Positions 26,101 through 38,549 are shown, counted from the stretch's first letter. The stretch: DNA of 64,000 nt from Eledone cirrhosa (GCA_964016885.1 OZ024760.1:28582001-28646000); one strand, 5' to 3'. Program-made: numbers and translations. The notes: generated from the sequence alone by a model not told the origin.

Positions 26101-29100
26101 TCTAAATCATTCAAACTGTCGTCTCTCTAAATCATTCAAACTGTTGTCTCTCTAAATCATTCAAACTGTCATCTCTCTAAATCATTCAAACTGTTGTCTC
26201 TCTAAATCATTCAAACTGTCGTCTCTCTAAATCATTCAAACTGTTGTCTCTCTAAATCATTTAAACTGTCATCTCTCTAAATCATTCAAACTGTTCTCTC
26301 TCTAAATCATTCAAACTGTCGTCTCTCTAAATCATTCAAACTGTTGTCTCTCTAAATCATTCAAACTGTCATCTCTCTAAATCATTCAAACTGTTGTCTC
26401 TCTAAATTATTCAAACTGTCGTCTCTCTAAATCATTCAAACTGTCATCTGTCTAAATCATTCAAACTGTCATCTCTCTAAATCATTCAAACTGTCATCTC
26501 TCTAAATCATTCAAACTGTTGTCTCTCTAAATCATTCAAACTGTCGTCTCTCTAAATCATTCAAACTGTCGTCTCTCTAAATCATTCAAACTGTTGTCTC
26601 TCTAAATCATTCAAACTGTCATCTCTCTAAATCATTCAAACTGTTGTCTCTCTAAATCATTCAAACTGTCGTCTCTCTAAATCATTCAAACTGTTGTCTC
26701 TCTAAATCATTCAAACTGTCATCTCTCTAAATCATTCAAACTGTCATCTCTCTAAATCATTCAAACTGTCTTCTCTCTAAATCATTCAAACTGTCATCTC
26801 TCTAAATCATTCAAACTGTCGTCTCTCTAAATCATTCAAACTGTCATCTCTCTAAATCATTCAAACTGTCATCTCTCTAAATCATTCAAACTGTTGTCTC
26901 TCTAAATCATTCAAACTGTCGTCTCTCTAAATCATTCAAACTGTTGTCTCTCTAAATCATTCAAACTGTTGTCTCTCTAAATCATTCAAACTGTTGTCTC
27001 TCTAAATCATTCAAACTGTTGTCTCTCTAAATCATTCAAACTGTCATCTCTCTAAATCATTCAAACTGTTGTCTCTCTAAATCATTCAAACTGTTGTCTC
27101 TCTAAATCATTCAAACTGTTGTCTCTCTAAATCATTCAAACTGTTGTCTCTCTAAATCATTCAAACTGTCGTCTCTCTAAATCATTCAAACTGTCATCTC
27201 TCTAAATCATTCAAACTGTCATCTCTCTAAATCATTCAAACTGTTGTCTCTCTAAATCATTCAAACTGTCGTCTCTCTAAATCATTCAAACTGTTGTCTC
27301 TCTAAATCATTCAAACTGTTGTCTCTCTAAATCATTCAAACTGTTGTCTCTCTAAATCATTCAAACTGTTGTCTCTCTAAATCATTCAAACTGTCATCTC
27401 TCTAAATCATTCAAACTGTCATCTCTCTAAATCATTCAAACTGTTGTCTCTCTAAATCATTCAAACTGTTGTCTCTCTAAATCATTCAAACTGTTGTCTC
27501 TCTAAATCATTCAAACTGTCGACTCTCTAAATCATTCAAACTGTTGTCTCTCTAAATCATTCAAACTGTTGTCTCTCTAAATCATTCAAACTGTCGTCTC
27601 TCTAAATCATTCAAACTGTCATCTCTCTAAATAATTCAAACTGTCATCTCTCTAAATCATTCAAACTGTTGTCTCTCTAAATCATTCAAACTGTTGTCTC
27701 TCTAAATCATTCAAACTGTTGTCTCTCTAAATCATTCAAACTGTCATCTCTCTAAATCATTCAAACTGTTGTCTCTCTAAATCATTCAAACTGTCGTCTC
27801 TCTAAATCATTCAAACTGTTGCCTCTCTAAATCATTCAAACTGTCATCTCTCTAAATCATTCAAACTGTCATCTCTCTAAATCATTCAAACTGTCATCTC
27901 TCTAAATCATTCAAACTGTTGTCTCTCTAAATCATTCAAACTGTCGTCTCTCTAAATCATTCAAACTGTTGCCTCTCTAAATCATTCAAACTGTCATCTC
28001 TCTAAATCATTCAAACTGTCATCTCTCTAAATCATTCAAACTGTTGTCTCTCTAAATCATTCAAACTGTTGTCTCTCTAAATCATTCAAACTGTTGTCTC
28101 TCTAAATCATTCAAACTGTTGTCTCTCTAAATCATTCAAACTGTCGTCTCTCTAAATCATTCAAACTGTCATCTCTCTAAATCATTCAAACTGTCATCTC
28201 TCTAAATCATTCAAACTGTTGTCTCTCTAAATCATTCAAACTGTCGTCTCTCTAAATCATTCAAACTGTTGTCTCTCTAAATCATTCAAACTGTCATCTC
28301 TCTAAATCATTCAAACTGTCGTCTCTCTAAATCATTCAAACTGTCTTCTCTCTAAATCATTCAAACTGTTGTCTCTCTAAATCATTCAAACTGTTGTCTC
28401 TCTAAATCATTCAAACTGTCATCTCTCTAAATCATTCAAACTGTCATCTCTCTAAATCATTCAAACTGTTGTCTCTCTAAATCATTCAAACTGTTGTCTC
28501 TCTAAATCATTCGAACTGTCATCTCTCTAAATCATTCAAACTTTTGTCTCTCTAAATCATTCAAACTGTCGTCTCTCTAAATCATTCAAACTGTCATCTC
28601 TCTAAATCATTCAAACTGTCGTCTCTCTAAATCATTCAAACTGTCATCTCTCTAAATCATTCAAACTGTCTTCTCTCTAAATCATTCAAACTGTCATCTC
28701 TCTAAATCATTCAAACTGTCATCTCTCTAAATCATTCAAACTGTCATCCCTCTAAATCATTCAAACTGTTGTCTCTCTAAATCATTCAAACTGTTGTCTC
28801 TCTAAATCATTCAAACTGTCGTCTCTCTAAATCATTCAAACTGTCGACTCTCTAAATCATTCAAACTGTCATCTCTCTAAATCATTCAAACTGTCATCTC
28901 TCTAAATCATTCAAACTGTTGTCTCTCTAAATCATTCAAACTGTCGTCTCTCTAAATCATTCAAACTGTCGTCTCTCTAAATCATTCAAACTGTCATCTC
29001 TCTAAATCATTCAAACTGTCATCTCTCTAAATCATTCAAACTGTTGTCTCTCTAAATCATTCAAACTGTCGTCTCTCTAAATCATTCAAACTGTCGTCTC

Positions 29101-32025
29101 TCTAAATCATTCAAACTGTCATCTCTCTAAATCATTTAAACTGTCATCTCTCTAAATCATTCAAACTGTCATCTCTCTAAATCATTCAAACTGTTGTCTC
29201 TCTAAATCATTCAAACTGTTGTCTCTCTAAATCATTCAAACTGTCATCTCTCTAAATCATTCAAACTGTCATCTCTGTAAATCATTCAAACTGTCATCTC
29301 TCTAAATCATTCAAACTGTTGTCTCTCTAAATCATTCAAACTGTCGTCTCTCTAAATCATTCAAACTGTCGTCTCTCTAAATCATTCAAACTATCATCTC
29401 TCTAAATCATTCAAACTGTCATCTCTCTAAATCATTCAAACTGTTGTCTCTCTAAATCATTCAAACTGTCGTCTCTCTAAATCATTCAAACTGTTGTCTC
29501 TCTAAATCATTCAAACTGTCGTCTCTCTAAATCATTCAAACTGTTGTCTCTCTAAATCATTCAAACTGTCATCTCTCTAAATCATTCAAACTGTTGTCTC
29601 TCTAAATCATTCAAACTGTCGTCTCTCTAAATCATTCAAACTGTTGTCTCTCTAAATCATTTAAACTGTCATCTCTCTAAATCATTCAAACTGTTGTCTC
29701 TCTAAATCATTCAAACTGTCGTCTCTCTAAATCATTCAAACTGTTGTCTCTCTAAATCATTCAAACTGTCATCTCTCTAAATCATTCAAACTGTTGTCTC
29801 TGTAAATTATTCAAACTGTCGTCTCTCTAAATCATTCAAACTGTCATCTCTCTAAATCATTCAAACTGTCATCTCTCTAAATCATTCAAACTGTCATCTC
29901 TCTAAATCATTCAAACTGTCATCTCTCTAAATCATTCAAACTGTTGTCTCTCTAAATCATTCAAACTGTCGTCTCTCTAAATCATTCAAACTGTTGTCTC
30001 TCTAAATCATTCAAACTGTCGTCTCTCTAAATCATTCAAACTGTTGTCTCTCTAAATCATTCAAACTGTTGTCTCTCTAAATCATTCAAACTGTCATCTC
30101 TCTAAATCATTCAAACTGTTGTCTCTCTAAATCATTCAAACTGTCATCTCTCTAAATCATTCAAACTGTTGTCTCTCTAAATCATTCAAACTGTCATCTC
30201 TCTAAATCATTCAAACTGTTGTCTCTCTAAATCATTCAAACTGTCGTCTCTCTAAATCATTCAAACTGTTGTCTCTCTAAATCATTCAAACTGTCATCTC
30301 TCTAAATCATTCAAACTGTCGTCTCTCTAAATCATTCAAACTGTCTTCTCTCTAAATCATTCAAACTGTCATCTCTCTAAATCATTAAAACTGTCGTCTC
30401 TCTAAATCATTCAAACTGTCATCTCTCTAAATCATTCAAACTGTCATCTCTCTAAATCATTCAAACTGTTGTCTCTCTAAATCATTCAAACTGTCGTCTC
30501 TCTAAATCATTCAAACTGTTGTCTCTCTAAATCATTCAAACTGTTGTCTCTCTAAATCATTCAAACTGTTGTCTCTCTAAATCATTCAAACTGTTGTCTC
30601 TCTAAATCATTCAAACTGTCATCTCTCTAAATCATTCAAACTGTTGTCTCTCTAAATCATTCAAACTGTTGTCTCTCTAAATCATTCAAACTGTTGTCTC
30701 TCTAAATCATTCAAACTGTTGTCTCTCTAAATCATTCAAACTGTCTTCTCTCTAAATCATTCAAACTGTCTTCTCTCTAAATCATTCAAACTGTCGTCTC
30801 TCTAAATCATTCAAACTGTTGTCTCTCTAAACCATTCAAACTGTTGTCTCTCTAAATCATTCAAACTGTTGTCTCTCTAAATCATTCAAACTGTCTTCTC
30901 TCTAAATCATTCAAACTGTCTTCTCTCTAAATCATTCAAACTGTCGTCTCTCTAAATCATTCAAACTGTTGTCTCTCTAAATCATTCAAACTGTTGTCTC
31001 TCTAAATCATTCAAACTGCTGTCTCTCTAAATCATTCAAACTGTTGTCTCTCTAAATCATTCAAACTGTCGTCTCTCTAAATCATTCAAACTGTTGTCTC
31101 TCTAAATCATTCAAACTGTTGTCTCTCTAAATCATTCAAACTGTCTTCTCTCTAAATCATTCAAACTGTCATCTCTCTAAATCATTCAAACTGTCGTCTC
31201 TCTAAATCATTCAAACTGTTGTCTCTCTAAATCATTCAAACTGTTGTCTCTCTAAATCATTCAAACTGTCATCTCTCTAAATCATTCAAACTGTCGTCTC
31301 TCTAAATCATTCAAAATGTTATCTCTCTAAATCATTCAAACTGTTGTCTCTCTAAATCATTCAAACTGTCGTCTCTCTAAATCATTCAAACTGTCATCTC
31401 TCTAAATCATTCAAACTGTCGTCTCTCTAAATCATTCAAAATGTTGTCTCTCTAAATCATTCAAACTGTCTTCTCTCTAAATCATTCAAACTGTCTTCTC
31501 TCTAAATCATTCAAAATGTTGTCTCTCTAAATCATTCAAACTGTCTTCTCTCTAAATCATTCAAACTGTCTTCTCTCTAAATCATTCAAACTGTTGTCTC
31601 TCTAAATCATTCAAACTGTCGTCTCTCTAAATCATTCAAACTGTCATCTCTCTAAATCATTCAAACTGTCGTCTCTCTAAATCATTCAAAATGTTGTCTC
31701 TCTAAATCATTCAAACTGTCTTCTCTCTAAATCATTCAAACTGTCTTCTCTCTAAATCATTCAAACTGTCGTCTCTCTAAATCATTCAAAATGTTGTCTC
31801 TCTAAATCATTCAAACTGTCTTCTCTCTAAATCATTCAAACTGTCGTCTCTCTAAATCATTCAAACTGTCGTCTCTCTAAATCATTCAAAATGTTGTCTC
31901 TCTAAATCATTCAAACTGTCATCTCTCTAAATCATTCAAACTGTCTTCTCTCTAAATCATTGAAACTGTCATCTCTCTAAATCATTCAAAATGTTGTCTC
32001 TCTAAATCATTCAAAATGTTGTATC
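11143..32025. repeat. 25-bp satellite array (CTGT-YR-TCTCTCTAAATCATTCAAA), ~835 monomers, ~20.9 kb
   Basis: Uninterrupted 25-bp periodicity (one 1-bp deletion near 14840); variation concentrated at one dinucleotide (CA/TG/CG, rarer CT). Confidence 0.99.
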
Positions 32026-32124
32026 TGTAACTTATTCATATTTTGTTGTTGTCTCAGTAAATAATTTGTGGTATTGTTTTGGTAGACTTGGTTAGCTTTG
32101 TTTTTCATCTTTATTAGTGTTAAT

Positions 32125-32715
32125 ACAATAAAGTACCAGTAATTCACTTAGGTTAATTTAATTGACTTTTCCCCTCTCCCCCAAATTATTGGCCTTGTAC
32201 GTAAATCAAAAACCATAATTATCGGTAGATTTGCAGTATCGGTAGAGGTTCGGACGCCATGCTTTGCAGCATAGTTACGTCCCTTTACGATCTGAGTTCA
32301 AATCCCGCCGAGGTTGACTTTGCCTTTCATCCTTATGGGGTCGATGAAATAAAGTACCAGTAATAAACTGCGGTAATTGCTGGCCATGTGCCAAAAGTAG
32401 AAACATTATTATTAAGTCCCGTCGAGGTTTTCTTTCATCCCTATGGGGTTGATATAATAAAGTACCAGTAATGCACTGGGGTCTATTTGACCAACTTTAT
32501 CCACTTCTCAAAAATTGTTGACCTCGTGCCTCACTCAGAAACCATTATTGTGGATTGGCAGTATTGGTAGAGGGTCGGCCCTTTATGGTCTGAGTTCAAA
32601 CCCCGCCAAGGTCAACTTTGCCTTTCATCCTTATGGGGTCAATAAAATAAAGTACCAGTAATGCACTGGCGGTAATTTCTCTGCCTTGTGCCAAAAGTAG
32701 AAACAATTATTATTA
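32125..32715 (+). mobile_element. Tandem cluster of ~4 Meta-type tRNA-derived SINE units
   Basis: Repeated GAGTTCAAATCCCGCCGAGGT..TTTGCCTTTCATCCTTATGGGGTCGAT..AATAAAGTACCAGT, which resembles the MetaSINE domain. Confidence 0.75.
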
Positions 32716-32792
32716 TTGTTTTAATTTTTTTAAAGTACTTGTTTTATCTTTCTCCACTATCTTCATACCCCCCCCCCCCCCCACCCACTCAC

Positions 32793-32913
32793 CTTGTCCT
32801 CACTTTTCTTTAAATGCAATCAGGCCATGTCATCGGAGTATATTGATTTTACACTTGTCTCAGCAGGAGTTTGTGAAAGATTTCTGATGTTCAGTTGGGA
32901 AGTTGGGACTGTG
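32793..32913 (-). other. Candidate 121-nt non-coding exon
   Basis: Minus strand: long poly-T then CTTAG acceptor, and AAG|GTGAGT donor; stops in all three frames. Confidence 0.4.
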
Positions 32914-32918
32914 CTAAG

Positions 32919-32977
<59 letters not shown>

Positions 32978-33365
32978 AATAAGTAATTAAAAAATAGCCC
33001 CCCCCCCCCCCTCTCCCTGAATAGATCAAGAAAAAAATTGAAAAATACGAAAAACAAAATGGAAAAAATACAATTCATTCCTCCCCCCCTGTCCTCCATG
33101 TTTTCCAATCAAAACAATATTGTAATGAAATTTATAATTGGTTGAAAAACAAAACAGTGTTATCTGTTGTATGGTGTATATTTAATGCAGTTCCCTGAGT
33201 TTTTTTCTTTTCCTAAGGCATAGCAAATGTCTTTTGCAGGGAGAGAGGGAGGGAGAGGATAGTGGGAGATGGTGGGAGGGGGAGAGAGTTGCTGTTGTCC
33301 TGAGTCTCTCTGGCTAAGGTGGACACACATACACACAGACACACTTATATATATACACACACATG

Positions 33366-33427
<62 letters not shown>

Positions 33428-33429
33428 TG

Positions 33430-33468
<39 letters not shown>

Positions 33469-33604
33469 GTATATACACACACACACGTATATACACACAC
33501 ACACACACTGCACCGAGCGAGCATTGAGTGCTCACCTGGCATATCACCTACGGACACAATTTTCTTGCACCTATATATATATATATATATACACACACAC
33601 ATTA

Positions 33605-33720
33605 TGAGTTCAAATCCCGCCGAGGTTTACTTTGCCTTTCATCCTTACGGGGTCGATAAAATAAAGTACCAGTAATACACTGGGATAATTGCTGGCCTTG
33701 TGCCAAAAGTAGAAACAATT
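33605..33720 (+). mobile_element. Meta-type SINE fragment
   Basis: B box plus Meta-like motif as in the 32125 cluster. Confidence 0.7.
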
Positions 33721-33736
33721 ATATATATATATATAT

Positions 33737-34063
33737 ATGGCTTAGTGGTTAGAGTATTGGGCTTGCAATCGAAGGTTGTGAGTTCAATTCTCAGACTGGG
33801 TGATGTGTTGCTTCCTTGAGCAAGACACTTTATTTCACATTGCTCCAGTTTACTCAGCTGTAGAAATGAGATGATAGGGACTGGGGTCCATATCATTCCA
33901 CTGCAAAGTGGACGTGGAGGTGCCACGGCAAAAAAAGCACCCAGCACTCACTGTAAATGAGGTTGGTGTTAGGAAGGGCATCCAGCTGTAGAAATCAAGC
34001 CAGAATCAGTTCCCGTCCCACCCTTGCAAGCAGAGAAAAGCGGACATAAAATGATGATGATGA
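33737..34063 (+). mobile_element. Near full-length tRNA-derived CORE-like SINE
   Basis: TGGCTTAGTGG A box, GAGTTCAATTC B box, CORE-like motif, (ATG)n tail. Confidence 0.85.
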
Positions 34064-34392
34064 TATTCATATATTGGTCTGGCAAACCAAAGAGGTGGGT
34101 TCACGTCCCGTGTACGTCAATACTCATCCTTTTTTCCATTCAGAGGGTTTTTAAAATCCCAACTAAGCAGACTAATTCTATTTAGTCAAGTGTGGTGTAG
34201 GCACACGTTACTACCTAATTTTCAAATTCGCTAGCTGTTTATAAACAAAGCCTGATTTGTGTCTCCCTACTTATATATATATATACATACATATATATAT
34301 AAGCAGGAGGGATATTCAATTTGTTGGTAATTCAACAAATATATATGTTTATAACTGATACAGAGGACTCAACAGATTTTCTGGAGTATAAT

Positions 34393-37005
34393 ATACAATG
34401 ATATTAAATAAATGGAAACTATATTTATAAAACCATATTTATTCTATTATATATATTTCAAGAGTACCAAAAATTTTGGTACGCTATCATCAGATAAAAT
34501 ACGAAGTGTGTTTTATAAATTTTGACATAACCAAGGATAATATACCTTAACGGTTCAAGTTATCCCTGGATAGTGAAGAGAAGAGAAAAAAGTCAGATAT
34601 TTCAAATTATTAAGATGAGTATGCAAATGGGGTTTATGTAAAAAGGCTGAAAAAACGTTATTTTAGACGTTATGGAAAATTTAAATAATTATGATAAGTT
34701 ATTGCATGCGTAGGAAAGAAGAGAAAGGAAGAAGGGCTAGCATTTATATTAATTTGAGGGAAAAGATTTATTTACCTATATTATGAGTTATAATAGTGTA
34801 TATATAATCAATGAGATTATATGAAGAATTATGATTGTAAGTATTTTTATCTTATTACATTACGATATTATTTTGTGTGAGATCCATTATTTTAGTCGAA
34901 AGATGTGTGAATATTTGAATAACAAAAAGAGAGAGGAAAAATGTAATGTGTTTTTCGAAGAACTATCAAAAGAGGATAAATTTTAGAATGTCATTTAAAG
35001 ATTATCAATCTACATCTAAAAATATATTTATAGGGATGTCCTTACAAAAATAATGTCGGAATTAAAAATAATGTCAGAATTAAAATAATGTAGAAAATTA
35101 ATATATTAAATATATATATTAAAAATATTATAAATATTAGAGGTATTAGAAAGTTTTGAAATATTAAAAATATTAAAAATATTAAAAATATTAAAAATAT
35201 TAAAAATATTAAAAAATATTTAAAATATTTAAAATATTAAAAAAATTACATTTAAATAAAAAAAAAAAATAGGATCTTGTTGAAGGTTTATAGGGATATT
35301 ATAAATTAAAAATAGTTCTGAACGTGGAATTTTGGCAATGTTTGCAAGAAGAAAATAATTCTGTTCTGAAATTAGAGTTTTGACAGTTAATTATCTAAAA
35401 AATGTCTTTGATACACAATTTACAGAATCTTGATAAAGCCGTATTTCGGTATGCAGGTGCTTTCGAAATTGTTCTCCAAGATATTGAATAGTCTATATTG
35501 TTGTCTTTTAAATCCCAGATTAGATGTGAAAGTGAAGTAGAAGATTTTTTTTATCAGATCTTTTAAATGTATGATTATGGTTATTCCAGCGTTGTTTAAA
35601 TTTTGTAGAAGTGGCACCAACATAGTTAAATATTTTGTCTCTAGTTTTAACTGTGCATTTTAACTATGTTTTTGTCTAAACAATTATTTTGTAAAGGGCA
35701 GTTTGATTTGATTCTACAGTTACATTTACTAGAGTGATTGTTGTTCAGAACGGTACCAATATTCTGAATATTGTTGTTAGAAATATTATTATTGCTATTT
35801 TGGTTAGTTTGGTTAGGGTTTAAATTTAAGTTTCTATTATTAATTCTATTTATATTTTGTGCTATGTTCATAGTAGTAGAGTAGGATAGTTTTATAGTGT
35901 GTCTGTTAAAAATAGAGTGGTATCTATGGGTTTTAGGAAAACATTTATCTAGTGCTTTAAAGAATAGCTTTGCTAAAGGTATTTTAACGCTTAATGAGAA
36001 TGGGGGAAAGTACCAAATAATATTTCTAGTTCTAGTTTTTTTGTTTGGTTTAGTGTCTAAGTTAATACTAGGATGATATATTATGTTATTGTTATCTATG
36101 TATTTAATTCTATTTGAGTATCCTGCTCTATGTAAAGCTTCATTATAATATTCAGCCTTATCATCAAAAATATTTTTATTAGCAGAGATGCGTGAAATCC
36201 GTTGTTGGACGCTATTGACAATAGTGTTTTTAATAATTCTAGGATGATTAGAATTGAAACTTACATAATTTAGATTTTCGTTAAATTTATGGAAAGGATA
36301 GTAAAGACCTGTGCTAAGGTTTAAGGTTGCGTCTCAGAAGTTAACGATTTTGTAATTATTCTCTATTTCTAACTTAAGATTGTAGTTGTTGAAAAATTGT
36401 ATTATGGATTTTCTTTTCCTATTAATATTACTATTGCTATGGGTTTCAGTTAAAAGCAACATATCGTCACAATATAAACCTCCGGTCATCTCTGGCATTT
36501 TCCTATGCAGTATATTATTAATAAATAATCCAACGAGGTCTGTAAGTTGCGCCGAGTCAGATGATATTTTTTAATATTTTAAATATTTTAAATATTTTAA
36601 AATATTTTTAATATTTCAAAACTTTCTAATACCTCTAATATTTATAATATTTTTAATATATATATTTAATATATTAATTTACTACATTATTTTAATTCTG
36701 ACATTATTTTTAATTCCGACATTATTTATGTAAGCACACCCCTATAAATATATGTTTAGATGTAGATTGATAATCTTTAAATGACGTTCTAAAATTTATC
36801 CTCTTTTGATAGTTCTTCGAAAAACACATTACATTTTTCCTCTCTCTTTTTGTTATTCAAACATTCACACATCTTTCAACTAAAATAATGGATCTCACAC
36901 AAAATAATATCGTAATGTAATAAGATAAAAATTTTGTACCAAAATTTTTGGTTTTTAAAATTTTTGGTTTTATAAATATAGTTTCCATTTATTTAATATC
37001 ATTGT
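34393..37005 (-). mobile_element. 5'-truncated Penelope-like retroelement (Neptune-like architecture) with an inverted copy of its 3' region
   Basis: Minus strand ~35300-36563 gives DSAQLTDLVGLFI, GLYCDDML (RT motif), RNIIWYFPPFS..FNRHTIKLSYS, CNCRIKSNCPLQNNCL and YVGATSTKFKQRWNNH (GIY-YIG), with stops and frameshifts; 36565-37005 is an inverted, internally deleted copy of 34393-35240. Confidence 0.85.
34440..34501 (-). ncRNA. Minimal type-I hammerhead ribozyme fold, family H1 copy a
   Basis: TATTTTAT-CTGATGA-stem II (GTACCAA/TTGGTAC)-GAAA-tatata-TA-ATAGAATA, in the terminal repeat of the Penelope-like element. Confidence 0.6.
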
Positions 37006-37013
37006 ACACACAC

Positions 37014-37050
<37 letters not shown>

Positions 37051-37238
37051 TATATATATAGTAAGGTGTATTATTGGTTGTGTCATATGGTCCAATAAAC
37101 TTTTGTTAGCAATATTAAGTTCTCCACGCTTTTGTATATCTCCAGTTCCATTTATGGGAACAGCTAGATGATGTAAAACGGAGTATTTGTATGAAAATAA
37201 AGATCCGAAGGCATGGTATAAATTTCCAATCATTTTAA

Positions 37239-37310
37239 TCACGACATGTTTCAATAAGAGATAGATCGATCGTGTAGCCATGATCGATTATCACTGATCT
37301 CATCAGGTGA
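37239..37310 (-). ncRNA. Minimal type-I hammerhead ribozyme fold, family H2
   Basis: TCAC-CTGATGA-long stem II (GATA.ATCGATC/GATCGAT.TATC)-GAAAC-at-GTC-GTGA. Confidence 0.65.
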
Positions 37311-37923
37311 AAATGAATTGTCTTCAAATCCTTGATATGAGGGAGAAAATTAACGATGTTCACTCACAGAGTTTAGTCCCTCAAATGAAGATCAAGCAGT
37401 AAAAGCACGGCGACTGCTATCGTCTTCAGTTAGGGTGATAAAACTTGATAGTTAATTTTCTCCCTCATATCATGGCTACACGATCAATCTATCTCTTATT
37501 GACACGTGTGTCGTGATTAAAATGATTGGAAATTTATACCATGCCTTCGGATCTTTATTTTGATATATATATCATCATTTCATCATCATCATTTCATTTT
37601 ACGCCCGCTTTTCCCTGCTTGCGGGGGTAGGACGGGAACTGATTTTGGCTTGATTTCTACAGCTGGGTGTATATATATATACAAAGAGAGAGACAGAGAG
37701 AGTATTAAGTATATCGAAGGCCATTTGTAGTTGTATTTAGGTTTATTTTCATCTCCATGATGTAAATGTGGTTGGCATTAGGAAGGGCATCCAGCTGTAG
37801 AAACCAAGCCTAAATCAGTTCAGTATGAGCAAAACCTGGTCCTCTAACAAAGGGACAGCCGGTTCTACCCATGCTAGCATGGAAAATGGACGTTAAACAA
37901 TGATGATGATATGTATTTGTGTC

Positions 37924-37975
<52 letters not shown>

Positions 37976-38052
37976 AATGATATTAATATCTATATATTAA
38001 TATATATATGATATTAATATATATAATATATATATATATGTCAATGATATTA

Positions 38053-38083
<31 letters not shown>

Positions 38084-38091
38084 GAATGATA

Positions 38092-38127
<36 letters not shown>

Positions 38128-38169
38128 AATGATATTAATAAATGGAAACTATATTTATAAAACCATATT

Positions 38170-38230
38170 TATTTTATTATATATATTTCAAGGGTATCAA
38201 AAATTTGGTACGCTCTCATCAGATAAAATA
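38170..38230 (-). ncRNA. Minimal type-I hammerhead ribozyme fold, family H1 copy b
   Basis: TATTTTAT-CTGATGA-GAGCGTACCAAATTTTTGATACCCTT-GAAA-tatata-TA-ATAAAATA; 8-bp perfect stem I and canonical core. Confidence 0.7.
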
Positions 38231-38322
38231 CAAAATTCGTTTTATAAATGTTGACATACCGAAGAAGCCAGACCTTATCGGTTCAGGTTCATGTTGCTTA
38301 TATATATATATATATATATATA

Positions 38323-38517
38323 TAGGAAAATGTATGACCCCGACGGCAGAGCTCAAGCCGTTTCAACGGCTATTTCTAGAGTCCAGAAATAGCCGTCGAA
38401 ACGGTTTGAGCTCTGCCATCGGGGTCATACATTTTCCTATTACCCACTCTACTACCCTAAATATTGAGTACTCTGGTGCGTTATGGTCCATCTGGTTCCT
38501 TACCACAACTCCTTCGT

Positions 38518-38520
<3 letters not shown>
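38323..38520. mobile_element. Fold-back repeat family A, copy 2
   Basis: ~115-bp palindrome plus the same tail as 1281-1472. Confidence 0.7.

Positions 38521-38549
<29 letters not shown>

Noticed and set aside
11143-32025. CRISPR-like or information-coding array
   Set aside because: No unique spacers; monomers abut directly and vary at one dinucleotide; eukaryotic context with no cas genes.
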